From Euglena gracilis (taxonomy: Eukaryota): a DNA stretch of 64,000 nt. The notes beneath the pieces are model-generated. The model searched no databases. It had not been told where the DNA came from and saw only the letters and a list, made by a program, of their open reading frames with translations. A program made the translations under genes and the position numbers. Location: positions 27,392,123 through 27,456,122 of the forward strand of contig CP154954.1 of NCBI GenBank assembly GCA_039621445.1. The letters run 5' to 3'. Shown here piece after piece: positions 48,801 to 58,935 of the stretch. Numbering within the stretch: the first letter of the stretch is position 1; each line of letters begins with the position of its first letter.

Positions 48801-51800
48801 GCAACACAAAACCTGGTCTGGGGGTTTTATCACTTAGTTGGTATTTGGGGGGAGGGAGGGGGTAATTCATCTCATTAAAACGGACCATTTCATAAAATGG
48901 GCCACTTCAAAATTTTGTGCTGTTTCCTTCGTCTGGGAACATTTGGGCCATTTTTTGACTGCACTTTCGTCCGAACCAACATTATTCAAACCCGCACTGT
49001 GGAGTTGGAACAGACGTAGTCCCTTGCATTTCTGCTCCAGGGAAGGACGGCACACCCCAACTGGCTTGCCGGACGGCGGGATGGCCCCGTCCCGCGCCTG
49101 GATGTCGGCCGCCGGCACCGCCTCGGCCAGCATGTCCACCTTGGGGGCCGCCGCCTTGCCCGCACTGCCGGACCGCACGGCGTCGACCGCCGACCCGATG
49201 CGAACAACACAGGCCGCTTGTGCGCACCTCCCTGGGGCTCGAAACTTGCGAAGCGCAACTGCAACTTGGAATTCATTCACCCCCCCCCCTGCCCCCCAGC
49301 TCTCATGTGAAATTGATTGAATTTAGAGTTCTCCAGATGGAGGTTGGAGAATGGAAGGCGATGTGTTGAAGAACATGAACCAGAGAGGGGAGACATGGAT
49401 GAATGGAAAAAAAAACGTTTTGTGTAGCAGAGGAAAGGGAAAAGATAGAAAAAGGTTGGGTGAGAATGTGGTCCAGAGCAAAAAAGGAGTGTTGTTTGAA
49501 GCCGGCGGCAGTTGTCACAGCCACAAGAGGCCTGGCCAGCGGTCTGCTCGTTGAAGATCACGGAGGTGGGCAGCTGGATACCGAACGTTTTGTTCAGCTC
49601 CATCGTGGTCCGGATGGCCGCCAGGGAGTGGCCGCCGACATTGAAGAAGTTGTCCTCCGGGCCTGTGGAGGCAATGAGGGCCGTTTTGGGCCGCCAGGTT
49701 GCCATACCATGCCAGTGTGCAGCCAATGAGCATCAGAGCCGACACGGAGGGCCATCCACCTGCCTGGCAACGCATCCACAGGAGGGGGGGGAGCGATGAT
49801 GGATGAACAGGGATGAATCATGAATGAATGGAGGACGGAGGAGAGAAGGGGGGGGAGCGATGAACTGCGGGTGATGATGCACTCATTTCACAGGATATGT
49901 CAAAGTGACTTGTGTTGTGCCAGGTTTTGCATGCATTGCTTGAGGTCGTTTGGACACATTTGCCGGCCCATGCCCATGCGCTCACACCAACTGCATTGGT
50001 GTGCAGGGCAGCCCGGATCACTTCCAGCACCTTCAGCTGGGTGGGAGTGAGGTGGTCCAGGCTGGCCGTGTTCTCTGGAAGGTCCGCATCCACACTGTCC
50101 AGCGGAGGCAATGCCTGAGAGAGGGGAACAGCATGCATGAGGTAACACAGCGTTGAAATTGTCTCCTTCATTCCCGGGTCAGCAACTATAAAGAATAAAC
50201 GGTTCAGGCAATTAACTTCTTTTGCTGTATAAGGATGCAATTTCACCCAAAACGTCAAAAAAAGCGTTTTTTCAACCTTTTATTTTCGACCCTGTTCATG
50301 CCCCAATCCGCCCCTTGGACGGCCCTTTGGCCTGAGGGCTGTCCTTGAGGGGTGGCCCTTCATGGGAAAAAAAACCAAAATCCGTTGTGAACCGCCCAAA
50401 TCTGAGTTTGGATTAGGATTGGGAAATGCGTGTTTTGTTTGCGCCCTCCAGCTGTGAACAAGGAAAGCCGAGCACGACCTTGTGGTTAATCTTTCCATTC
50501 GGGGTCAGCGGCATCTTCTGCAGCAGAATCACCGCCTTGGGCACCATGTAAGAGGGCACCTTGGTCTTCAGGAACTCCCACACAGGATTCGATGTGAGAG
50601 CGGGAGAGGGGTATCAGTCCGGGTCCCACCCTCGACCACAGGAGGGGGACATCCTCCCCACCTCAAGCTGGGACACCCCCCGGCATCGAACCCTGCTCCC
50701 GCAGCTCACCCGGCAGCGTGGCCACTTGGGCGGCCGCTGCTGCCGTGGGCACGACGTAGCACACAATTTGTTTCTCGCCGGCGCGGTCCAACGCCTCCGG
50801 CAGCCAACTCTCATGTTCAAGCACTGCCGGTGCCTCTGCAAGCATTGTGGCCGATTTCCCCAACTTAGAAAGCAACCCAATCAGAGTTAAACCAAGACAC
50901 CCCGGTTGTTAGAAGAGCCCAGTGAATGCCAAACTTAATCTGAGGGTCAGCACACAGAGAACTGGCTGGCCACACGGGTGACGCTCTCCTTCACGGCCGG
51001 GTGGGAGCTCAGCTTGGCGTTGATCTCCCCCAATTCGATGCGGAAGCCCCGGATCTTGATCTGGTCATCGGCCCGGCCGACGCACTCCACGTCGCCGCTG
51101 GGGAGGTAGTGGCCCAGGTCTCCCGTGCGGTACCAGCGGTCCCAGGCCACAGAGGGTTAATGGGCAAGGGTCGCCTGGGTGATTAACAAGTAAAAAGTCT
51201 TTATGGTGCGTCTGTATGCGTGTGGGCGTGCGAATGAGTGAGAAAGTGCACGTGAATGCGGGTGGGTGAATGTGCATGTGTGTGTGTGTGTGTTTGCGTG
51301 TGTGCGTGCGTGCACGTGTGTGTATTGTGTAGATGGGTGTGCGCGCGCATGCATTTTGTGTGGGTGTGGTGTGGTGTGGTGTGGTGTGGTGTGGTGTGGT
51401 GTGGTGTGGTGTGGTGTGGTGTGGTGTGGTGTGGTGTGGTGTGGTGTGGTGTGTGTGTGAGTGTGAGTGTGTGTGAGTTTGGATCCGTCACATTGTGGTC
51501 ACGATTGTGGTCTGTGGTCACGAGTGTGTGCAGGTGGACAGTTGCGTTCCAGGCCTCCTTGGGTGGAAGGGGTTGGGAATGAACTTGGCCGCCGTGTCCT
51601 CTGGCAAACCAAGGTAGCCCTTGGAGAGATGCGGACTGCGCACATAGATCTCTGCCGCCTCCCCAAAGCCCGCCTGGAGGCCAGCTTTGTTCAGCAGAAT
51701 CAGCCCCACGTCCTTCTGGCGCATGGCACGGCCCCCAGACGAGAAATGCCGCCAATCGATCTGCATGAAACGTTTGGATGTTGTTCCGGGGGGATTCTGA

Positions 51801-54800
51801 AAATAAAGCGACTACTGCCGGTGAAGATCAAGCTTCAGAACAGCAGGTCAACCAGCTCGAAACAGGACAAGACTTTTTTTGGAGGAAATGGTCCAGTTGG
51901 TTGGGTGTTCTGAGGAACTCAATGGAAACATGCCAAATTGAGAAACCCTATTCCAAAATAATTAAAAACGAAATCGAAACGAACAAACAAAAAGTTCATT
52001 CAGAAGATATTTTATTTCAAAAAAAGGGGGAAACATTTGTATAAAAAAAAACAAGCACATAGCGCAGCATTTGGGCTTTCAGTGCAAGAAATTGATGATT
52101 CTACAGCTGCTAGAAAGACCCAAAAGAGAGCACTAACGCAGAGATGAATTGACAAAATTTTCTCCAAAATGTTTCCAACTGCAATTTCTCTGGGCGAGCC
52201 TCTGCTCCAAATCCATTGCATCACCCACAAATGGGCCCTGCCCACCCACCTTGGCCTGAGGCCAGCCGTCATTTGCCGCCCCATGTGCATGCCCCGGCCG
52301 CAGGGAATGATCTCCTTCAGCTTGGCCAGCTGGGCAGCATCCCGGGGCACCTCGTAGTACCCCACCGACCGCTGGGTCTCCGTGGTGCCGAACATGTTCA
52401 CCACCTGAGAGGCCGGTGGCCCGCACATGGCTGTTGACGGCAATCCAGATAACAACCGGGCAGGACAGCTGGGGCGCCCCGCACACCTTGACGTTGGGCG
52501 CCAGCTTGTGCAACAGCAGCACGTCCCGCTTGATGAGGACGTCGCCCACGAAGAGGCACACTTTGAGGGACGGGATCGTGAAGGTGGGATCCTGGAAGGA
52601 AAGACACGGACGCTGAGAACGTCGCCAGGACGTGGCATTCACAACTGACTTTCAGGGAGCAACCGCCGCACCATCGACATTCAAAAATCACCTTCCAAAT
52701 AAATGCTTACCTCGCAGTCAGGATTCGATGTACAGCAGGGAAATTGAATGGTGGGACGGTCCAGGGAAACTAAATAGTGGAACACCCCCAAAAAATGCTA
52801 ATCCCCCGGAGACCATCCAGGGATTTGTGCTTATCCTTTTTTGGGAGGTCAAATTCTTATCCGTAGTTATCCGTAGTTATCCGTAGTTATCCGTAGTTAT
52901 CCGTAGTTATCCTTATTTGCTAAAATACCCTTCCTGACAGGGGATATCCATCTAGAAATGGCTGCAATTGAAAAGATGAAGAGAGTTGATCATCATAAAC
53001 CTCAGGAATGCCTAAAATTTGTGAAATATGACAATCTAAACAGAAAACGACAAGCATCCAAGGGCAGATGGAAACAACACTGTCCGGTGTGGGTTTTTTT
53101 AAAATCTTTCATCCACCGTTCTTCACAATCACCGTTGCAGAACATGCCACCGGCTGCCTGCCGGAGGTGAGACGACATCCTCTGTCGGCTTTTAACATCA
53201 ATGACGCCGGCCAAACTGAAAGCAGCCCATCTCTTTATAGGATGTACGCTGCCAAATGAAAAATTGTAGCGAAAAAAAAGCTGAAGAAAAGGGCTGCTTG
53301 AAAGACCGTTCAATCACTGCACTAGAGACAGGAAAATAGACATGAAAAACAGTCTCAGAAAGGGCGGGCTCACGTTGAGCCCAGAAAGGCCGAATGTCTC
53401 GTCAAAAATTTTGCTTATCCATAGTTATCCGTAGTTATCCGTAGTTATCCTTATTCAGACTTTTGGGCTCATCCGTAGTTATCCGTAGTTATCCGTTTTT
53501 ATCCGTATTTGGGGGTTTCAGGCTTATCCGTAGTTATCCGTAGTTATCCGTAGTTATCCATTTCAGGATAAGCACAAATCCCTGGACCATCTGCGATTGC
53601 AAAGGCCTTTCAAATTGTTGCAATATCAGGAGGCTTCAATGTGCGGCATGTATAAGGTGCACCCAGTACCATCCAACGGATAGCCTAGGGCTGTGGGGGG
53701 GCCTGTCAGCGATGGTTGGGACCACCATGAGCGTCGAGCACAACAGCAAGGCGGCTGGGAATCGACGTGTATAAAACTCGAATTTGTTCGGGAGAAATGT
53801 CAGCAAAAAGCACGCCCACCCCCATCCACGCCCACCCACCAGCCCCCCCCCCTCAACCCCACAAACCCGCCAACCCCTCCCCCCCCATCCATCATCCCCC
53901 CCAAGCAGCCCCCCACCTCCCGGTCAGGCCCCCCCCACCCCCCCCCCCCACCAGCCCCCCCCCCCCTCACCCCCCCCCGCCTCACACCACCAGCCAAATC
54001 ACCACCTCCCCCCCCCCAGCACCATCACCCCCACCAACGAGCAAACACCACCTCCACAGCACCATCACACACAACCCCCCAGCATACGCAATCACCCAAC
54101 CAAAACACGCTGCAGAGCTGCCCGTTCGTTTCGGTTAGGGAAAACCATCCTTCGAGCTTTGCAAGCAGAAACACCCACAGGTGTTCGATCGGTTGAGGTC
54201 CGGGCTCATTTCTGTGTTGCAAACAGGCCTCGTTCTTCGTCACCTTGCATGGGGGGAGGGGGCAGGGTGTTCAATCCACCTCTTATCTGGGAGATGCATC
54301 TGCCCCAGCCCATCATCAGATCATTTCCCCCCATTTGCTAAGCCTGTGCCTCACACTTCACAAGGGGAACGTTTGCGCAGAACCTCATGCTGGAGATTCC
54401 AACAAGATGGTGCACCGGCCCACCGAGCAAGACGCACGACGTCCTGGCTGCGGGACAATGCCGTGAAGATGCTGGATAACGGGTCCTGTGCAGGCATCTG
54501 CTTGGAGTTAGTGGATCTCATCAGTTTGCCAGGCGTAGGCGTGGGGAGGTCTCCGCGGTCCACTGTGAATGATGCATTTTCCAAGCTCTCATCGAAACCG
54601 TTCCCCTTGTGAAGTGTGAGGCACAGGCTTAGCAAATGGGGGGAAATGATGGGCTGGGGCAGATGCATCTCTCCCAGATGAGAGGTGGATTGAACACCCC
54701 ATGCAAGGTGAAGAAACGAGGCCTGTTTGCGGCACACAATGAGCCCGGACCTCAACCCGATCGAGCACCTGTGGGTGTTTCTGCTTGCAAAGCTCGAAGG

Positions 54801-57800
54801 ATGTGTTTTCCCTAACCGAAACGAACTTTGGGCAGCTCTGCAGCGTGCTTTTGCTGACATTTCTCCCGAACAAACTCGAGTTTTATACGCGTCGATGCCC
54901 AGCCGCCTTGCTGCTGTGCTCGATGCTCATGGTGGTCCCACCCGTTACTGACAGACCCCCCACGGCCCTAGGCCATCCGTTGGATGGTACTGGGTACACC
55001 TTATACATGCCGCACATTGAAGCCTCCTGATATTGCAACAATTTGAAAAGCCTTTGCAACTCGCAGATGGTCTCCGGGGGATTAGCATTTTTGGGGGGTG
55101 TTCCACTATTTAGTTTCCCTGGACCGTCCCACCACTTAATTTCCCTGCTGTAAGGGATGGTGGGGTCGGACCCCAATGGTGGGAGGGGGGGATTGGACCG
55201 TGCTACTGTTTAGGTGGGGAGTGACATCCCCCTCCCACACCTGAACTGCAGCGTGGTCCAGGTGACTAATTTTCGGCCCGGCGCTTTGTGCCAGGCCGAA
55301 AAATTTTCGCTGCCAAAGCGGCCAAAACTGCATTTTTGGAACTTTTTGGGGTAAAATTTGTCAAAAATGCAAAAAAAAAAGGCTCGCAGCGACGGAAAGA
55401 AAATTTTGATCTTTTGGGGGGTCCCCCAGGGGTCGGTCAGGACTCCCCTGGCAGGTGGGAGAGATGGTCCGGATCCCCCCCTCCGGTCCAGGAGGCGGGG
55501 GGGACACCCCCCCAACTAAACCCCGTGCACACTCCTTGTATTGAACCCTGGTACGGAGTGTCATCTCAAATTTTTTTTATCCGGGTTTTTGAAACCTCCG
55601 ATATCGAGGCTGTACTGGGGTATAATCTGAAAACCACAAAAAAGCCACCCCCCTTTGGACTGAGGGTGGGACCTTCCCCAGGAACCCACAAAAATATTTT
55701 CCGGGCTTCGTGCACGTTTCAAGCCCCCCCAGAATTCCAGCGCTTCACGCCGCAATTTTTTTTTGGCACGGGGGTGGATGCACGTCTGTGTGCTGGCGTG
55801 CGTGCATGTGTGCAGGTGGGTTGGTGGTTGTGGGTCCAGGGTTTTCAGGTGAAATTCAAATAAGACACCTGGTGGGATTTGGGGTGGTTAGGACTCTCCC
55901 CTTGGGGGGGTCTGACCCACCAGGAGGTGAACAAGCATATGAACCTGCATGTTCTAGCATGTGTAGGCGCGTCGCACACATGCATCCCCTCCAGGTGGCA
56001 GGTGCTATGGGTGGATGGCATTGCTCAAATAAGGGAAGGATGGACCGCAATATGAAGGGGGGGGGGGGTGGGACCCACCCCATCTGACCACTTTGCAAAC
56101 CAGGTGGCACAGCCACAAATGAAGGATTCACCCTAAAATCGATGCTCTGGAAGAAAAAAAATGGCAGGGAGGTGCAACACGCTGACAGTGCGCTGCAGAG
56201 AACTGCAAAAGAACTGCAGAAAGAAACTGCAAAAAAGAAACGCATAGAAAAAGAACTTTAAATTTCTGCTGTGCCTAGAGAAATTCGATTTTTTTCAAAA
56301 AACTTTCATGAAAGAAAAAGGATGCAAAAACCTTGGCCTGACATTTTCAAATTTTTGCTTTTGAAAAAAGAAAAAAAATTGTTTTAAAAAAACTCCAATT
56401 CAAAAAATCCATTCCAAATCCAAAAATCCACACCAAAAAAAACTGCAAGAAACTGCTCAGAACACATTTCCCCCCTCTGCGTGCGCATGTGCAGCTGCCC
56501 ATTTTTTGGATCGTCCAATTTTTGTTTTGATGTTTCATGTCCTGCTTGGCCCAAAGGGGTGGGGGAGGCAGCGGGTTTCTTCCCCACCGGCCTAAAGAGT
56601 TTATTGCCTCTGATACGAACATGGCTGAGTGGGAATTCCAGCAACTCTATTGCCTCTGATACGAACATGGCTGAGTGGGAATTCCAGCAACTCTTGGCTT
56701 GCAGGTGACCTGTCCATCCACCCCCAGCTCCCTTTTTGCTTTCAGCAAGCACACACGTTCACACACTCACGCACACCCACCCACACAAACATCCACCCAC
56801 ACCATACAATTGCTTACCGACCCCCCGGGGGGGGGGGGAGGGGGGTCACTCCACTTTTTTAAAAACCAGTCAGTCACTCATTTTCAAAAAACCAGCCAGT
56901 CACTACCCCCCCAGGGGGGGGAGGTCGGCCACTCAGAAAAATGGCCACTTTCCAGTCACTTTAGGTCATTTTAGGCCCAAAAAAATTTTCCGGCGCCTTC
57001 GGCGCCGGGGTCACTCAAGCCACTTTTGCCCACTCCTGGCCGCCCCCCCCCGCCCCCCCCCCCGGGGGGGGGGGGGGAGGGGGTCCGGGCCAAAAACCAG
57101 TCAGTCACCCCGGGGGGTGGGGTCGGTCAGTGCTTAAGCAATTGCCTGACCCACACGCACCCACCCACCTACCCACACACCTCAACCGTGATCAAGATCT
57201 GGCCCATTGCAGGAGTGCAGCAGGATTGTGTGATTTGGTTGTCGTACATCCATCTGGCCAACTGCCCCGGGGTGGTGATGGTATCCTGTGTTTCCAGCAG
57301 TGGATGACCTTCACCCACCATTGAAAGAAGGACAAACAAACAACAAAGAATACACGGGATATGGGTGGTGAAATGTTGCGTAAAAAGAATCCATGGGGAA
57401 TTGTTCTGAAATCACAGATCGAAAAAAAGCGGGGGGGAAAAAGATGTAGAAAACGAGTTACGAAATTATGCCGAGAAAATCAAAGATTAAACCCAACACT
57501 TTACAACAGGGCATGCTCTGCTTGGAATGCAGATGGTAGCTCCAAGGAAAAGTGGGGTGAAGATATCTCGCTGCAGAGGGTCATGGGCAATTCCACTGCA
57601 CATAGCAAAGCGGTCAGATTCTCCCGCTGGCAAGCAGCTGTGGACAGTTGCAACACCAGCAGAGGCAAGGGTGAAGGGCAGAAAGGTCACATTTGCTAAT
57701 ACAGGAAAACAATCCTATCAGTGAAAAAATCCTGTCCCAATGACGGTTGCATCCTGACTCCTGGCAACCAGAGGTGCTTGGGCATGCCAAACCGCTGAGA

Positions 57801-57845
57801 CATCCAGGGATAGAAAGCGGTGAGAGGGCTGTGCTTGCAAGACAC
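40076..57845 (-). CDS. LYS2: L-2-aminoadipate reductase-like enzyme (adenylation, carrier and thioester-reductase domains), 5'-incomplete; exons 57845-57784, 57625-57524, 57292-57181, 52591-52487, 52404-52289, 51716-~51565, ~51158-50972, 50795-50699, 50577-50479, 50114-49988, 49662-49538, 49205-49056, 44519-~44394, ~44040-43829, 43464-43360, 43257-43121, 42502-42265, 41688-41645, 41424-41312, 40276-40076
   Basis: LYS2-type motifs occur in order: [89 protein letters not shown], carrier FF..GGHSL, Rossmann [48 protein letters not shown]. There are 7 GT-AG and 12 nonconventional introns. Confidence 0.9.
40448..41217. mobile_element. MITE (CAGGCTTC family) carrying a nested MITE (~40541-41076, TIR CAGGGATGGATGGGAAGCC)
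   Basis: Outer TIRs match the 37960 element, with near-TSD GCCGGGAA. The inner TIR pair is flanked by G runs. Confidence 0.8.
42696..42868. repeat. (CAG/CAA)n followed by a long (GTT)n tract
   Basis: Direct inspection; lies inside LYS2 intron 43120-42503. Confidence 0.95.
44701..44896. mobile_element. MITE with CAGGG...CCCTG ends
   Basis: TSD ATTTCAGG/ATTTCAGC (7/8); ends resemble the 39784 element. Confidence 0.75.
45741..46114. mobile_element. hAT-like MITE (TIR CAGGGTTCGATATAAGGAG)
   Basis: 19-bp TIR with TSD CCCAACCC/CCCAATCC (perfect in the duplicate copy at ~60608-60979). Related copies lie at 52717-55550 (split by the Tc1 element) and inside intron 50578-50698. Confidence 0.9.
46272..46574. 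mobile_element. hAT-like MITE (TIR CAGGGCGGTCC)
   Basis: Perfect 8-bp TSD GGTCAGAC at 46264-46271 and 46575-46582. Confidence 0.9.
46916..47278 (-). mobile_element. Possible decayed LTR-retrotransposon integrase fragment
   Basis: [24 protein letters not shown] resembles the end of a Ty3/gypsy integrase zinc-finger region; no other motif was recognised. Confidence 0.3.
51363..51452. repeat. (GGTGT)n pentanucleotide microsatellite
   Basis: Direct inspection. Confidence 0.95.
52733..55150 (+). mobile_element. Foldback Tc1/mariner-like element (DD37E-type transposase 3' half) with long inverted arms, inside LYS2 intron 57180-52592
   Basis: Ends TA|CAGCAGGGAAATT ... AATTTCCCTGCTG|TA. 52733-~54370 (minus two insertions) is the reverse complement of ~54598-55150. 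Encodes [12 protein letters not shown] (~54397) and [11 protein letters not shown]...[19 protein letters not shown] (54742-54951). Confidence 0.85.
52818..53584. mobile_element. MITE with 20-bp TIR, 7-bp TSD and subterminal (ATCCGTAGTT)n arrays
   Basis: GACCATC|CAGGGATTTGTGCTTATCCT ... AGGATAAGCACAAATCCCTG|GACCATC. The opposite foldback arm (~55066-55072) shows the empty site with a single copy of GACCATC. Confidence 0.9.
56602..56693. repeat. Perfect 46-bp tandem duplication
   Basis: TATTGCCTCTGATACGAACATGGCTGAGTGGGAATTCCAGCAACTC occurs twice in tandem. Confidence 0.9.
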
Positions 57846-58922
57846 CTAAAGAGCAGGGGAATGATTGCACCCCCAGACGAGGTTCATCACTACAAGCCTT
57901 TGGCAAATAACAATAATTCAACTGTTCCCCTGCTGTCTCCATTATTCCCCACCATGGTTCCCTACTATGCTCCCCCATTATGCTCCCCCATTATCACATC
58001 GCCACAAACCCAGGCTCATTTTAAAAAACCTGGGGGAGGGGGGTCCCCCACACCCACTCGGCCCGGCGCGGGACCCCCACGGGGACCCTCCCAAAATCAA
58101 CCCTTCTAAGGGGACTTCCCAAAAAAAAATTGGCGAAAACCCATACATGAGCCTCCGACCCAGGGGTTTTCTTAAGCTGGAGGGTACCCCATCCCCCGGG
58201 GGGGGGGGGGGGTCCAGCCAGCCAGCAGCTCAAATCCAGCCAGCAGCCCAAATTCGGGCTGCGAGCCCCCCTCCCCCCCCCCAGGGGGTCAACTGAAATA
58301 AAGTTGGGTCCAGCCCGGCCGGAGGCCAGGCCAGCTGGCCGAAGGCCGAGCTAGCCGGCCACAGGCTGGCCAGCCAACTGGGCTGCCCAGCTCACCTATC
58401 CCTGCCTTTTTTCCCCTCATCACACCTTCTTCCATCACAGCCCCCCAGCATTGATCCAGCTTTATCCATATGTGTTATCCATCACAATGTCGAACAGGCA
58501 AAAAAAATGTAGAAAATTTTGTTTTTCATCGACCCAGCCCAGAGGGGGGTCCCGGGTTGGAGCAGGGGTTTTCTTAAGGACCCCCGGGGGGTCCAGACTC
58601 CGGCTGGCAAAAAGGCTGCTGGCTGGAAATGAGCTGCTGGCTGGACCCCCCCCCCCGGGGGATAGGGGGGGGGGGAGGGGGGGGTCCGGGGCTGGAGGGT
58701 CTGGCATCGCCAGGACGTAGGCTGGGGGGGGGGGGGGGCCCATTGGGGGGCCCGACTGACTCGGTCAGCCCAACAGAGGGTAGGTAAGGGTCGACCGACC
58801 CAAAACCAACAACTGCAGTATTACTCGCCAAATATGCGTGAATGAGCAACACAATCCATACATACATAAAGGGGATATTTCTTTTAAAAACACGAGGCCG
58901 AAGGTAGAGTAAATCTGCATTC

Positions 58923-58935
58923 NNNNNNNNNNNNN
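58923..58935. other. Assembly gap
   Basis: 13 N characters. Confidence 1.

Noticed and set aside
52857-53560. ATCCGTAGTT arrays, and CCTATAAGAAACC arrays at 3130-3430, as possible CRISPR
   Set aside because: The units are short with no regular unique spacers; they are subterminal repeats of TIR elements in eukaryotic DNA.
57286-57292. CAG at 57288-57286 as a canonical acceptor
   Set aside because: There is no in-phase GT donor, and the stem-defined junction gives IPTQD, matching the LYS2 PTQD motif.
57846-58922. Next upstream LYS2 exon (expected FTSGSxGxPKG)
   Set aside because: The motif was not found; it probably lies beyond the gap. Sequence near 58750-58800 is only weakly suggestive.
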